Made by a program: the position numbers and the translations under genes
Assembly (NCBI GenBank): GCA_951406725.2
Contig: OX597816.1
Location: forward strand, 10,292,001-10,356,000
Length of the DNA: 64,000 bases
Origin: Octopus vulgaris
Taxonomy: Eukaryota
Reading direction: 5' to 3'
Shown here: positions 37,407 through 51,662 of the stretch, in pieces
Layout: each line of letters starts with the position of its first letter
How positions within the stretch are numbered: the first letter of the stretch is position 1
The notes under the pieces: model-generated
The model's input: the letters and a program-made list of their open reading frames with translations, nothing else
Told to the model about the DNA's origin: nothing
The model's database searches: none

Positions 37407-37787
37407 TCTTCTACTTGCTTCAGTCATTTGACTGCGGCCATGCTGGAGCACTGCCTTTGAGTCAAGCAAATCGATCCTAGGACTTATTCTTCGTAAGCCT
37501 AGTACATATTCTATCAGTTTCTTTTGCTGAACTGCTAAGTTATGGGGACGTAAACACCAGCATCGTTTGTCAAGCGATGTTGGGGGGACAGACACACAAA
37601 CATATACACATACGTACATATATATACGACGCGCTTCTTTCTGTTTCTGTCTACCAAATCCACTCACAAGGCTTTGGTCAGCGCGAAGCTATAGTAGAAA
37701 ACAGTTGCCCAAGGTGCCACGCAGTGGGACTGAACCCGGAACCATGTGGTTGGTAAGCAAGCTACTTACCATACAGCCACTCCTACA
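37407..37787 (-). mobile_element. Family A SINE
   Basis: Reverse complement of the family A consensus. Confidence 0.88.
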
Positions 37788-38907
37788 TCTTACTTTGATA
37801 ATTATAAAAAATTTTTCCCTACAATTACATTTCAAAATCAGGTTGCATCTTCCACTATTTAATGACTACCAAGCAGCAAAATATGATAGTTATACATACT
37901 GAGATTTCACACAGTTTCTCCTATGCAATTCCATTCAGAAGGTTTTAGTTGGTACAGAGCGGTATAATAAAAACTCTTGCCCAGGGTACCACACAACGAA
38001 ATAGAACTTGAGACCATATAGTTACAAACTATACTCCCTATCCACATCACTCTAAAGATATTTTATCAATCTTATTTGTAAGCCTAAAGTTTTAGAAGGC
38101 TGTTAAACAGATCATAGATTGAATTAACTGTTGAAGTGACAACCAAATATTGGATCTTGATTGTTCAAGAATTGTGTTAGAAGCAGTGTAATTTCTATGC
38201 TCTAAAGACAATTCACAATATAAAGAGAATAGCCAAGCATATGTATCACTCGTAAGCTGAAAGAACCAATAAATTAAATCAGCGAAGACAGATGTTTTAT
38301 AATTGAACATTTCATATGGGTGAATTACTTAACATATTAAAGTCCCCTGCTTAAAAGATTAAATATTTCTTAATTCAATGAAATACTATGGATGCTGGCA
38401 TAACTGTATGGTTAAGAGGTTCACTGGTTAACTTAATCCATTACCTAACAGCATTGCTGATGGTTGTACTTAGAGGAGATCACTTTGATAAAAGGATTCG
38501 AGCAAGGTCTCTGATCCTGACGGTCACTTTCTCTATTCCCCAAGGCTCTTCATTCTCTTGATAAGCCATAAAATGATTACTGATATTATTACAGTTTCAT
38601 ATTTCCCTTTTAAGCATTTAGGGAAACAACTGCCTTTCTCATTACAGGGATGAACTTTTAAAAAAAAAGGTTCTTACATATTTTTCTTACTTGCTTCAGT
38701 CATTTGCCTGCGGCCATGCTGGAGCACCACCTTGAAGGGTTTTAGTTGAATAGTTGAACAAATCGACCCCAAAACTTTTCTTTTTTAAGCCTCACATTTA
38801 TTCTATCAGTCTCTTTTTGCTGTACTGCTAAGTTACAGGGATGTAAATACACTAACACCAGTTGTCAAGCAGTGGTAGGGGCAAACACAAAGACACACAT
38901 ATACATG

Positions 38908-38947
<40 letters not shown>

Positions 38948-38957
38948 TATATAAGCT

Positions 38958-39291
38958 GAGACCTCACTTCGGTCATGGCTGACCATTGGATTGCACATAG
39001 AAAGTTACCCTCCCAGACACAACTCCAGGCAAGTTTGTTTATGGAAGGCTAGCAGTCACTCATGCATACCGGTCTCCCCTCTTCACGCCACCAGTGTTAT
39101 CCATGGGAAAGGCAAAAGTCGATACATCTTGGCATGTGTGACATCACAACTCATTTCTACAGCTGAGTGAACTGGAGCAACGTGAAATATAGTGTCTTGT
39201 TCAAGAACACAACATGCAGCCCAGTCAGGGATTCGAACTCACAACCTCACGATGATAAGCTCAACATTCTAACCACTGAGCCATGTGCCTT

Positions 39292-39292
<1 letters not shown>
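38958..39292 (-). mobile_element. Family E tRNA-derived SINE nested in the microsatellite of a family A copy (38686-39495)
   Basis: Minus-strand head gaaggcacatggctcagtggttag...gtgagttcgaatccc; body shared with 40150-40486. Confidence 0.8.
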
Positions 39293-39331
<39 letters not shown>

Positions 39332-40149
39332 ACAGGCTTCTTTCGGTTTCCATCTACCAAATCCACTCATCAGGCTTTGGTCGGCCTGAAACAATAGTAG
39401 AATAGAAGAATCTTGCCCAAGGTGCCACACAGTAGGACTGAACCAGGAACTATGCGGTTTGATAGCAAGTTTTTTCCACACAGTCATAGCTGCACCTATA
39501 TGTAAAAAAACAACAACACAGCACTCATGACTTTTGGAAACACTTTCTCCTGCACAAAATTATCAAAGCATGGAATAAACAACCTGCATCATTTGTTAGC
39601 TGTCAGGACAGTTCATCCTTCAAAAATTCCATGTTTCCCAAAATTCCCCAACACAACTTCTGACATGTCTATGCACCCTTTCTTCTTTATGACTCTTTTG
39701 ATGTTCACTTTTCTGTCTTTTTGTATTTTTCATTCTTGTATTATGCATCTTCTAGCTTCTATTGCTGACCTTTTCCACTTGACTAACTCTTCCTCCTGTT
39801 CCCTCTTCTATTATTTTTCTTATGAACTATAGTGCACCTGAGCCCTATATTATTATTATTTATTGTGTTTGCACAGCTTCCATCGCCAGAGATGTACTAT
39901 GGTGCCAGCTGTTCCCTTTCAGTGAACTATGGTAACATCCCTTATTTTTCGAGCACCATCCGGAGAATTCGAGCGGCTCCAAGCAGTGCTGGTTTCTTCA
40001 AGTGCTTCACCCTTATTTTCATCCCCTATTTGTTTCATGCACTTCAAGATTTTTACTCACTGTTCCCAGGGCTCCGACAGTTACTGGTACTACTACCACC
40101 TTTTTCATCGACCACAACTGCTTAACCTCTCAAGCTAACCTGTCATATT

Positions 40150-40486
40150 GAGACCCCCTTCGGCCATGACTGACTGCAGGATTGCACCTAGAAAGTTACT
40201 CTCCCAGGCACAAGTCCGGGCAAGGTTGGTTATGGAAGACCAGCAGTCACCCATGCACACCAGCCTCACCTCTTCACGCCACCTGTGTTATCCAAGGGAA
40301 AGGTAAAAGGGCCAATACAGCTTGGCACCGGTGACATCGCAACTCATTTCTACTGCTGAGAGAACTGGAGCAACGTGAAACAAAGTGTCTTGCTCAAGAA
40401 CACAACATGCAGCCCGGTCAGGGATTTGAACTCACAACCTCACGATTGTAAGCTTCACGCTCTAACCACTGAGCCATGCGCCTTCA
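40150..40486 (-). mobile_element. Family E SINE
   Basis: Same head and body as 38958-39292; TSD tgtcatatt. Confidence 0.85.
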
Positions 40487-41267
40487 TTTGTCATATTATT
40501 ATTATTATTATTATAATTATTATTATTAAGGAAGCAAGCTGGCAGAATTGTTAGTACGCTAGGCAAAATGCTTAGTGGTATTTTGTCAGTCCTTACATTC
40601 TGAGTTCAAATTCCTCCAAGGTTGATTTTGCCTCTCATCCTTTCGGGGGTCAATAAAATAAGTACCAGTTGAACACTGGAGTCAATCTAATCAACTTTCC
40701 CCACCCCCAAACTTGCTGGCCTTGTGCCAAAATTTGAAACCATTCTTCTTCTTCTTTTTATTATTATTATTATGAAATTGGTGAGCAGGCAGAATGGTTA
40801 TCATCTCAAAGAAAATGCTTGCCAGCATTTCAGGCTCTTTACTTAAGATTTTGCTTTTCACCCAATTGGGGTCAATAAAATATGTACCAGTTATACACAG
40901 GGGTCAATGTAATCAATTTACCTACCTTCCCTCGCTGGCTTTGTGCCAAAATTTGAAACAATTATTAGCTGCGGCCAGTTCCTCCTGACTGGCTCCTGTG
41001 CCAGTGGCATGTAAAAAGCACCCACTACACTCTTGGAAGAGCATTCAGCTGTAGAGACATTGCCAGATCAGATTGGAGACTGGCACACTAGCTCTCCAAA
41101 CCACAGTCAAACCGTCCAACCCATGTCAGCACAGAAAACGGATGTTAAACAATGATGATGATATAACTCCAGACATGTTTCAGTGTTATGAAACCTTTTC
41201 AGCCAGGCATAGTCTTACTTGTACTCACCAGATCCTGAATGAGTTTAGAATACACATATATATATAT

Positions 41268-41640
41268 AGGCGTACGAGTGGCTGTGTGGTAAGTAGCTTG
41301 CTTATCAACCACATGGCACCTTAGGCAAGTGTCTACTACTATAGCCTCAGGCCAACCAAAGCCTTGTGAGATGGAAACTGAAAGAAGCCTGTCGTATATA
41401 TGTATATATACACGTATGTGTGTGTGTATATGTTTGTGTGTGTGTGTGTTTGTCCCCCCAACATCGCTTGACAACCAATACTGGTGTGTTTACATCCCCG
41501 TAACCTAGCAGTTTGGCAAAAGGGAATGATAGAATAAGTACTAGGCTTACAAAGTATAAGTCCTGGGGTCGATTTGCTTGACTAGAAGTGGTGCTCCAGC
41601 ATGGCCACAGTCACATGACTGAAACAAGTAAAAGAATAAA
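41268..41640 (+). mobile_element. Family A SINE with internal deletions
   Basis: Matches the family A consensus. Confidence 0.85.
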
Positions 41641-41677
41641 TGTATATCCATTCAGTGATAATTAATGTTGAGTAAAT

Positions 41678-41908
41678 GTTTCTTTACTACCCACAAGGGG
41701 TTAAACATAGAGGGGACAAACAAGGACAGACAAACGAATTAAGCCGATTACATCGACCCCAGTGCATAACTGGTACTTAATTTATCAACCCCAAAAGGAT
41801 GAAAGGCAAAGTCGACCTCGGCGGAATTTGAACTCACAACGTAATGGCAGACGAAATACAGCTACGCATTTCGCCCGGCGTGCTAACGTTTCTGCCAGCT
41901 CGCCGCCT
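41678..41908 (-). mobile_element. Family B SINE monomer
   Basis: Full head and tail; TSD atgttgagtaaa. Confidence 0.9.
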
Positions 41909-42529
41909 TTATGTTGAGTAAAGTCTTGTGAATGGTTAGGAAGTGTTCCTGAATATATGCAGAAATATGGTATCATGATCTTATAATAATCTCCAGCTTC
42001 GTTACCAAAATCCAAGAAAAACTGCATAAAAATCGCTTGTTTAACACAAAATTGACAATGAATGGAATAGATTCCGGAATCTTCTTCTTGCTATAACTCA
42101 GCTGTTTTCTCTAATAATTTTCTCTTTCTTCTAAAAATCCATTGTCTGCTCCGCTATCAACTTGAAACCGTAGCATTAAAACCCAAGCTTACTCGAAACT
42201 ATTACAACCCAGTAACAGCAAGCGTAAATCGGAGGATTTCAGCAACCACGTTACGGCTTTTATTTAGTTTCGGTTATTCAAAGAAACATGAATATATTTA
42301 TGCAGGTAGACATACAAACCATTTGATTAGTATATTTACTGGTAAACCTCTTTTTCATTCATCCAATATTTTTTTTACATAGGCTTTTCTTTGTTAGCTT
42401 TGCATTAGTTTATATTGTTCTCCATTTCATATTCCTGGCAGATGTTTGCCTTCACAAATAAATTTTCAAGAGAACATTACTTACCATCTAAATTCTAATA
42501 AAAAAGCATTGTCGTGTCTTTTGTAATTT

Positions 42530-42825
42530 TATCATTATCATTATTATTCTTATCTTTATTATTATTCTTATGGTTGTTATTATTATTATTATTATTATCA
42601 TTATGGTTCTAATTTTTATTATTATGGTTGTTATTATTATTATTATTATGGTTATTATTATTATTATTATGGTTATTATTATTATTATTATTATGGTTGT
42701 TATTATTATTATTATTATTATCATTATGGTTCTAATTTTTATTATTATGGTTGTTATTATTATTATTATTATGGTTATTATTATTATTATTATTATTATG
42801 GTTATTATTATTATTATTATTATGG

Positions 42826-42862
<37 letters not shown>

Positions 42863-43037
42863 GGTTCTAATTTTTATTATTATGGTTGTTATTATTATTA
42901 TTATTATGGTTATTATTATTATTATTATTATTATGGTTATTATTATTATTATTATTATGGTTGTTATTATTATTATTATTATTATTATCATTATGGTTCT
43001 AATTTTTATTATTATGGTTATTATTATTATTATTATG

Positions 43038-43075
<38 letters not shown>

Positions 43076-43134
43076 CATTATGGTTCTAATTTTTATTATT
43101 ATGGTTATTATTATTATTATTATTATTATTATGG

Positions 43135-43180
<46 letters not shown>

Positions 43181-43182
43181 GG

Positions 43183-43228
<46 letters not shown>

Positions 43229-43482
43229 GGTTGTTATTATTATTATTATTATGGTTATTATTATTATTATTATTATTATGGTTGTTATTATTATTATTAT
43301 TATGGTTATTATTATTATTATTATTATTATGGTTATTATTATTATTATTATTATGGTTGTTATTATTATTATTATTATTATGGTTGTTATTATTATTATT
43401 ATTGTTATTATTATCATTATTATTATTATGGTTGTTATTATTGTTATCATTATGGTTGTTATTACTATTATTATTATTATTA

Positions 43483-43513
<31 letters not shown>

Positions 43514-43714
43514 GTTGTTATTATTATTATTATTATGGTTATTATTATTATTATTATTATGGTTGTTATTATTATTATTATTATTATTATCATTATTATT
43601 ATTATGGTTGTTATTATTGTTATCATTATGGTTGTTATTACTATTATTATTATTATTATTGTTATTATTTTTATTATTATGGTTATTATTATTATTATTG
43701 TTATTATTATTATG

Positions 43715-43753
<39 letters not shown>

Positions 43754-43774
43754 GTTGTTGTTATTATTATTATG

Positions 43775-43812
<38 letters not shown>
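42530..43812. repeat. 1.3-kb (ATT)n-based repeat with higher-order structure
   Basis: Runs of att punctuated by atggtt/atggttgtt and a recurring anchor attatggttctaatttttatt. Confidence 0.95.
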
Positions 43813-45174
43813 GTGAATGCTTGTATGACTGCATGTGTACGGGTTGTATATGTGCCTTTGTGCATGTATATATATATCTTTTTCGTTTTGTTTCACCTTC
43901 TTCAATTGCTTGTTGATAGAGCCATATAGTAATGAGATTACAGAAAAAGGAAGGAAACATACATATGTTAGCAAAAGAAATACAAAAAAAAAACACAGCC
44001 CTTTATTTTAATTTATTTCTTTTTTTTTTTTGATTTTTTGATAAATGCGGCAGCAAAGAATATGATGAAGGACATAATCAAATTGTATATTGTTGAGGAA
44101 TGTATTGCAAGAAATTATCTAGCTTCTCAACATTTGCTGCTAGGGATTTCAATTATACGTATGAGAAAATAAACAGATATTTTCTTCATGTTTCTTTACC
44201 ATTTTTATCTATCGTGTATTTGCAATGGGATTTTTGTTTTTCGCTTTTGTTGTTTATGAAGGCATTGTTCTTGTTTGGATGGTGAGGCGAGTCTGTGGAA
44301 TCAGTATTTTTATTTATTCTTAGTTGTAGTGAAAGTATATTTTTTTTTTATTATATTTCAAATGAATTGTCTTTTTTCTTTCTGGTCGTTGTGAAGGTGG
44401 GCTTTCATTTGTGCTTACTTTTCGTTTGGATCTCTGTCGTTTTGATTATTTTCCTTTGTTTTTTGTTAACCAGTTTTCTTTAGAAATAAATAAACGTGGG
44501 AAGGATTTCTTCTGACAAATATTTATGGTCTCTATTTCCTTGATGCGGTCCTAAAACATCTCTCTTTCTTTCTTTCTTTCTGGAATGTACTAAGAGAGAA
44601 CGGTAATAAAAGCTAGTTGTAATAGCCTTTACACAAATTCGTTATGCCGTGATATCAGTTACTGATGAAATGTCTGTGAGATGATTGGGGTAAAAATGAG
44701 AGACAAAGAGACATGGGAAATGCTGTAAGAAAGAACAGTAATAAAAGGGAGTTGTAATTGTCTTCATATAGATTTGTTATGCAGTGATATCGTTTACTGA
44801 TGAAATAGCCATTAGATGAGGGGGGGGGTGTAAAAATGAGAGACAAAAAGACAAGGGAAGAAATGGTGTGATTAAATCTGAAAGAGAGTAAAGACTTATA
44901 CGAAAGATGGTGCAAGCCTAAGGAGAATGGTAAAGTGGGTGTCTTGCCAAGACATTTCAACATGGAAATAAGAGAACAAAATGAATAATGGTAATCAGGA
45001 TGATGTTGGCAGTAAGAATTCTTTGCACAATTACCAATATTTATGAACTAATTAATAAATTTTGTTCATTTGTTTATGTAATTATAATCTTATTGTTTGG
45101 AAAGCAATTAATATTATCATCGTCAATGCCATTGTTACCATTCTCATCATCATTGTTTTAACATCTGCATTACC

Positions 45175-45773
45175 TATTTCTTTACTAGCCACAAGGGGCT
45201 AAACACAGAGGGGACAAACAAGGACAGACAAACGGATTAAGTCGATTACATCGACCCCAGTGCGTAACTGGTATTTAATTTATCGACCCCGAAAGGATGA
45301 AAGGCAAAGTCGACCTTGGCGGAATTTGAACTCAGAACGTAACCGCAGATGAAATACCTATTTCTTTACTACCCACAAGGAGCTAAACACAGAAGGGACA
45401 AACAAGGACAGACAAATGGATTAAGTTGATTACATTGACCTCAGTGTGTCACTGGTACTTATTTAATTGACCCTGAAAGGATGAAAGGCAAAGTTGACCT
45501 CGGCGGAATTTGAACTCAGAACGTAACCGCAGATGAAATACCTATTTCTTTACTACCCAAAAGGGGCTAAACACAGAGGGGACAAACAAGGACAGACAAA
45601 CGGATTAAGTCGATTTTAGCGATCCCAGTGCATCACTGGTATTTATTTAATCGACCCCGAAAGGATGAAAGGCAAAGTCGACATTGGCAGAAGTTGAACT
45701 CAGAACGTAGCGGCAGACGAAATACCACTTAGCATTTCGCCCAACGTGCTAACGTTTCTGTCAGCTCGCCGCT
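45175..45773 (-). mobile_element. Head-to-tail trimer of family B SINE
   Basis: Three ~185-bp units joined at gaaatacctatttc, full head only on the rightmost; cattacc on both sides (putative TSD). Confidence 0.9.
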
Positions 45774-46539
45774 TACATTACCATGCTTGCAAGGGTTTGA
45801 GTTTTGTTGAGGCAGATTTTCCACAGCTGGGTGCTCATCCTGTTGCCAACCCTCAGCTGTTTCCAAACAAAACAATATTTTCCCTCAAGGCTGGACATGT
45901 TTTCACAGAGGACTGCAGATCAATGTTACTGCTTCTTTAATGCTGAAATATGCTTACAGTTAGTGTATGATATCAACACAAGAACACACACAACTGTTCT
46001 TTTTAGTGTCTATCCCCCAATATACTGTCCAAGTTGCTGAGTATTTCACCGAATTAGTGCCTTCTGCCTCCCCAGTTTCAATCATAAGGCTTCAGTTTCC
46101 CCACGAGAATGGTAAAAGACAATTGCCCATAATACCATATGAATTCGTGTGGTGGAGTTGAACCTGGAACTCATGGTTGTGAAATCAACCTCTTAAGCAT
46201 TCAACAATGGTGTGTCTGTAAGTAATTATGGACAGTGATATGAATTTTTGTTGCTCAGATGTAAACAGAATGAAAGCTACTTCAGCCAGAAGTGATTGTA
46301 ATGAACTCTGCTATTAATGACAATTATCGGGTGAATTCAAATTTGTTTCAAACACTAATGAGTATTTCAAATAAAAAAAAAAGGAAGGGTAGAAAGTCAG
46401 TAAATCCAAACGACAAACGGAAAACACAAAATGGATTCTGTTCAATATGCTTCCCACTCACTAATCAGAAGAAATATTTGATTCAATCTTGGCTGAAATA
46501 TTAATGAATCAAAATAAAAAGAAAATTACTCTACACAAT

Positions 46540-47733
46540 CATTGTGTGATATGCTGTGCTTGTGAGGCCCTATCAAACTGAGTGAAATCGTGGTTGGGAC
46601 TGATGCCTGTGCCATCTGACTGGCACCCATATCAGTGGCACATAGAAAGCACCATTTGTGCGTTGGGCCTCATGGAGGTAGTGACATCAAGCTGAGTGAG
46701 ATCATAGTCATGGTTGATGCCAGTGTTGCATAACCAGCCCGTTAAAAGCACCCTTCAATTGTTGGGCGATATGCTGTGCTTGTGAAGACCCATTGAACCG
46801 AGTGAAATTGTAGTCATGGCTGATGCCTCTGCCATATAAAAAGCAACATTTGTGTGTTGAGCTTTGTTGAGGCAGTGACATCAAGCAAAGTGATATTGTA
46901 ATCATAGCCGATGCCAGTATAGCATAAGGGGAAGCACTCCGTCGGTTACGACGATGAGGGTTCCGGTTGATCCGAATCGATGGAACAGCCTGCTCGTGAA
47001 ATTAACGTGTAAATGGCTGAGCACTCCACAGACACGTGTACCCTTAACGTAGTTCTCGGGGATATTCAGCGTGACACAGAGAGTGGTACAACAGAAACAG
47101 GAAGTAAGAGTGAGAGAAAGTTGTGGTGAAAGAGTACAGCAGGGATCACCACCATCCCTGCCGGAGCCTCGTGGAGGTTTAGGTGTTTTCGCTCAATAAA
47201 CACTCACCGCAATCCTATGACCGCGAGTCCGCTGCCCTAACCACTGGGCCATTGCGCCTCCCAGTATAGCATAACTGACCCGTTAAAAGCATCCTTCAAT
47301 CGTAGGGTGATATGCTGTGCTTGTGAAGATTTGTCAAACTGAGTGAAATCATGGTTGTGGATGATGCCAGTGCCACCTGACTGGCACTTGTGCTGGTGGC
47401 ATGTAAAAAGCACCATTTGAGTGTTGGGCCCCATGGAGGTAGTGACAGGTGACCAAGACCCTTGGCGATATACCATGCTTGTGTTGACCTGTCAAGGCAA
47501 GTGAAACTGTAGTTGTGGCCAATGTTTGTATTAGGTCAATGGAACCCATGCCAGTGGCATGTAAAAAACACCCACTACACTCTTAGAGTGGTTGGCATTA
47601 GGAAGGGTATCCAACCATAGAAACCTTGCCAAATCTGATGAGAACCTGGTGAAGTCCCCTGGCTTACCAGTTTTCAATCAAACCATCCAACTCATGCCAG
47701 CATGGAAAGCAGATGTTAAACGATAATGATGAT
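46540..47733 (+). mobile_element. Family C variant with expanded internal repeats, interrupted by a family D SINE (46933-47260, minus strand)
   Basis: Repeated atatgctgtgcttgtga / aaaagcaccatt units; family D insert flanked by TSD ccagtatagcataa. Confidence 0.8.
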
Positions 47734-48067
47734 GGCATACACATAGGAACTGTATGTCCAGATGGTCAAGGAGTTTGCTTTGGATTGACCCATAATTCAT
47801 GGGTGAAATTGGGGAAGATTGAGCCTGCATAGCAGACTGTCAGGTGAATTTTACCTGCAAAGGCACAACCTTGTCATTGCAGACACTGTTATGTTGGGTC
47901 TGTCAAAGAATTACTTTAAGGGTATATGTGTCTGTGGAATACTCAACCACAAATTTAGGGGCAGGTAATTCGATTAGATGTTCACTGTTGAACAATGGGG
48001 CACAAGCATACACACACATGCACACGCACACACACACACAGACATACATGTGCACAAACACACTCAT

Positions 48068-48125
<58 letters not shown>

Positions 48126-50649
48126 TGCCAATCACATAGAAAAATTATGTTCATCTCCAATCCAAAATGGAGATGAACACCAATTTTTCTATGTGATCAA
48201 CTTGAAAAATTGTTGAGAGTTTTCTTAGCATGAAACCAATGATAGCCTTAATACACAGATAAAGAATCTTTACCCACCAACGCAGTGTTGAGCACTCATT
48301 CTCATTGTTCAATATGTACAGATACATATTTATGGGAAGTTAATTATATGGCTGGTCATAGAGTGACAAATGGTTTAGCATGCATAAACCACTGAGCCTT
48401 AGAGATGGCCTGTCAGACCCCAGTGGCCATGGACAGAGGTCTTCTTTTAGGATTCCACAAAGGCATTACACCACGTCCCTGGTCAGTTACATGTGGTGTC
48501 ATAAAAATGAAAGAACTCCATACATAATTAAATGGAGGCTCCTAGAACAACCAGGATCCTATATAAATGAGAGCAGACAATGCATGAAAAATAGTGGTCA
48601 CTGTGATGATACATGTAGAATATCATGGAATGATATTCTACTTAAATCACCACCAGAGTATTTCGTCTGATGATGACCATCCACTGTTATTGGCCCATGG
48701 TGAATGTGCTATGTTACAGGAGGATTCTCATGGCTAAAATTATTCAAAATTGAAGTAGGCAACTTGCATTTCATAGTCACAAGGTCTCAGGAATATTTAT
48801 GGTGTATTTAAGAGTGGCAAGTGAGTATATACACATATGTGTGTATACTATACATATATATATGTACATATATTCATATGTATTACCTTATGCATCATTG
48901 TAGTATCAGGAGTCTTTGTTAAAAGCCACCTTGTCTGATGACAAGTTGGAAACGTGCTTACCCATGATACTAAGCATGTTTCTAAGAATACAGAATGGGT
49001 GACTAGAACACCTATTAATATAGAATAAATTTCATTGATCTTACATTAAAGCTTAAAGTTGCTAGATTGCAAATCTAAATTGATATCTAAGAAACTGACA
49101 CTATAAAGGTTCACACCATCTATGACCAATATGCTGGAAGAAATCAATAAGGTCCTTCCTTAGCTTACTGAGCTCATGCCTGTTCATGTTACGGTTGACA
49201 ATAAGAATATCATCCCTAAATATACCCACTTCTTAAAAAGGAATTCTTTAAGCAAAAGATGTAAAACACATACTTCTTTAAGCATGCAAAGATAGATCAA
49301 ATGAAACATTACCCTTTTTCTTGACCAGGTAGAATCATCAAAAAACAGAAAAGGGATTTTCTGACATGCAAGATGATGTCCATGTGCAAGTTACATATGG
49401 GCACATTGTCTCTTACAAAACTAAAGGTTTTAACTAGCGGTCCTTTTTTATCAATGGGTATTTGCAATACCAAGGAATGTTTTATCCACTGTTCCCTACA
49501 TATATATATATATATATATCAAATGTGACCAATCTTGTCTAGAAATATGGCTGGCTATGAGTACACACCATTGATATGGCCCCACTCAACTGAAATGCAT
49601 CTGGCATTCCACTTGCCACTGCTGGGATGATTTTCATCTCTCTATGATAATCATTGTGTTTTTAAATGAAAAACATCCATAAGAGATAGAAGAATACCAT
49701 ATAACTTGCCTGTTAATGTTGTATATACATTAAGTATGATATATATATATATATGGTTCTCTCTCTCTCCATATATACGTATATCATAAAAGTATTGCAG
49801 ATTTAGAGTTCAAAAATTCTGAAAGTTCAACATTGTGATGTGAAATTATTTGATAACACTATGTCTTTTTTTTAAAACTAAAATCATAATTTCTGAGATT
49901 ATTTGTAAAGTAAATTGCATGGGAAATATGAAAGCCATTCTGACAATGCCGAACAGAGAAGAAAATTAAATAGACAGTTTTATCATACTATAGAGAAAGA
50001 AAATCGAAAGAAAACAGAAAATGTGTTGGAACAGGAATTGAAGAATCTACATAGGAATATTATCATAATCACCTAACAAAATTGTGTTTAGCAAACAATA
50101 TTTGACACATATATACCCTGAACATTTCCACCAGAACAGAATCTGTAAAAGAAAGGTGAAGTTTGAGTTAAAAACATGCTGGAAAATGTCTGTCATAATG
50201 TCACACGGTGATCTCACATATAAACTCTGTGGTTCCAATATTATGAATCTGACAAGAAAAGCTTAAAAGAAACCCTGGAAATGTAACCAAAATATATCTT
50301 TTATCTAATAGAAAATCTCAGCAAACATGTTTGTAATAGAGCTGTCCAAATGGTATTTTGAAAGTTCAATATTTTGATAGTTCAAGAAATGTTTTGTTAG
50401 AAGTTCAAAAAGGAAACGGTGAAGTGCTTTAAAGAAAGTTGTATTTCGGAGTGATATATAAATGCAATACACTTTACTGTATGTGTGATGTAGTCAGCTG
50501 AATATGTCACCACCGACACCACCACAACTATCATTATCGTTGTCGTTGTCATTATCATCATCATTTCATGTCCATCTTTCATACCAGTATGGGTTGGACA
50601 GTCAGACTGGATCTGACCAACCAGAGAACTGCATTGACAAAGTTTCTCA

Positions 50650-51190
50650 TCATATCATCATCATCATCATTGTTTAACGTCCGCTTTCGATGCTAGCATG
50701 GGTTGGACGATTTTGACTGAGGGCTGGCGAACCAGAAGACTGCACCAGGCACCAATCTTGATCTGGCAGAGTTTCTACAGCTGGATGCCCTTCCTAACGC
50801 CAACCACTCCGAGAGTGTAGTGGGTGCTTTTTATGTGCCACTCAGGTGGTACTGGCAATGACCTCGCTCGAATTGTTTTGCATGTTCCACTGGCACAGGT
50901 GCCAGTAGGGTGACGCTGGTAACAATCATGCTCGAATGGTGCCTTTTATGTGCCACCGGCATGGAAACCAGTTAGCCACTCTGGCAACGATCACGCTCGG
51001 ATGGTGCTCTTGGCACCCTACTAGCATGGGTGCAAGTGCCAGTAAGGCGACGCTGATAACAATCACACTCGAATGGTGCCTTTTATGTGCCACTGGCACG
51101 GAAGCCGGTTAGCTGCTCTGTCAATGATCACACCTGTATGGTACTCTTTGGACCCTGCTAGCACGGATGCCCGTCATCGAATTTGATTTT
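50650..51190 (-). mobile_element. Family C element with ~6 internal minisatellite units
   Basis: (cat)n tail, conserved block, repeated ...ctggcaacgatcacgctcg.atggtgc...gtgccac.ggca units. Confidence 0.85.
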
Positions 51191-51662
51191 CTATGGCTGA
51201 ATAACATTCCTGCATTTTTCATGGAACCAATGCTAGTGAGACCACCAAATAAATAACAAGACCTTCTGAGCTAAGTGGAGGTATAGTGTCAAGGGGGGTG
51301 GTTTTATGTCGGGTGTTGAGAGGTTAAAGTTTGATTGTGGGACAGGAATGGGTGTTCCACTGTAGTGGAGATACATAGCTTCCCCAGCTGGAATCGAAGA
51401 TAAGAGATGGTGCTAGGACATATCTACAAGATATAAGGTCGATAAAGAGAGAATAGGGGCAGAGAACTGAGGATGCCTGGGTGAGTAGGTTTGTAACAGA
51501 TAGCTAGAGATGGGGGTAGAGGTGAATACAATGTATGATGAACACGGGTGGACAGTGGAGAATCTCATTTTAGAGGAAAATAAAAAGGAAAAGAAGGTAG
51601 TGATATGCAAAAAAGGCTGTGGTGGGGTTGTAATTATGTTGCTTTCCTTAACAGTATAACGT

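Noticed and set aside
42488-43996. 502-aa, 448-aa and 264-aa ORFs (poly-N/I/L/Y)
   Set aside because: Translations of an (ATT)n array. The Asn-rich frame is broken by TAG in the recurring anchor, and the long ORF drifts from poly-N to poly-I.
48930-48990. ctgatga...gaaac hammerhead-like words
   Set aside because: Stem I does not pair and stem II is implausibly small; only a 12-bp hairpin (gaaacgtgctta/taagcatgtttc) is real.
49266-49320. acatacttcttta resembling the miR-1 passenger arm
   Set aside because: No TGGAATGTAAAGAAG 3' arm follows and no hairpin forms; chance match.
50820-51190. Repeat-spacer (CRISPR-like) pattern in family C
   Set aside because: The apparent spacers are homologous to each other and recur in other copies; it is a minisatellite within a retroposon.
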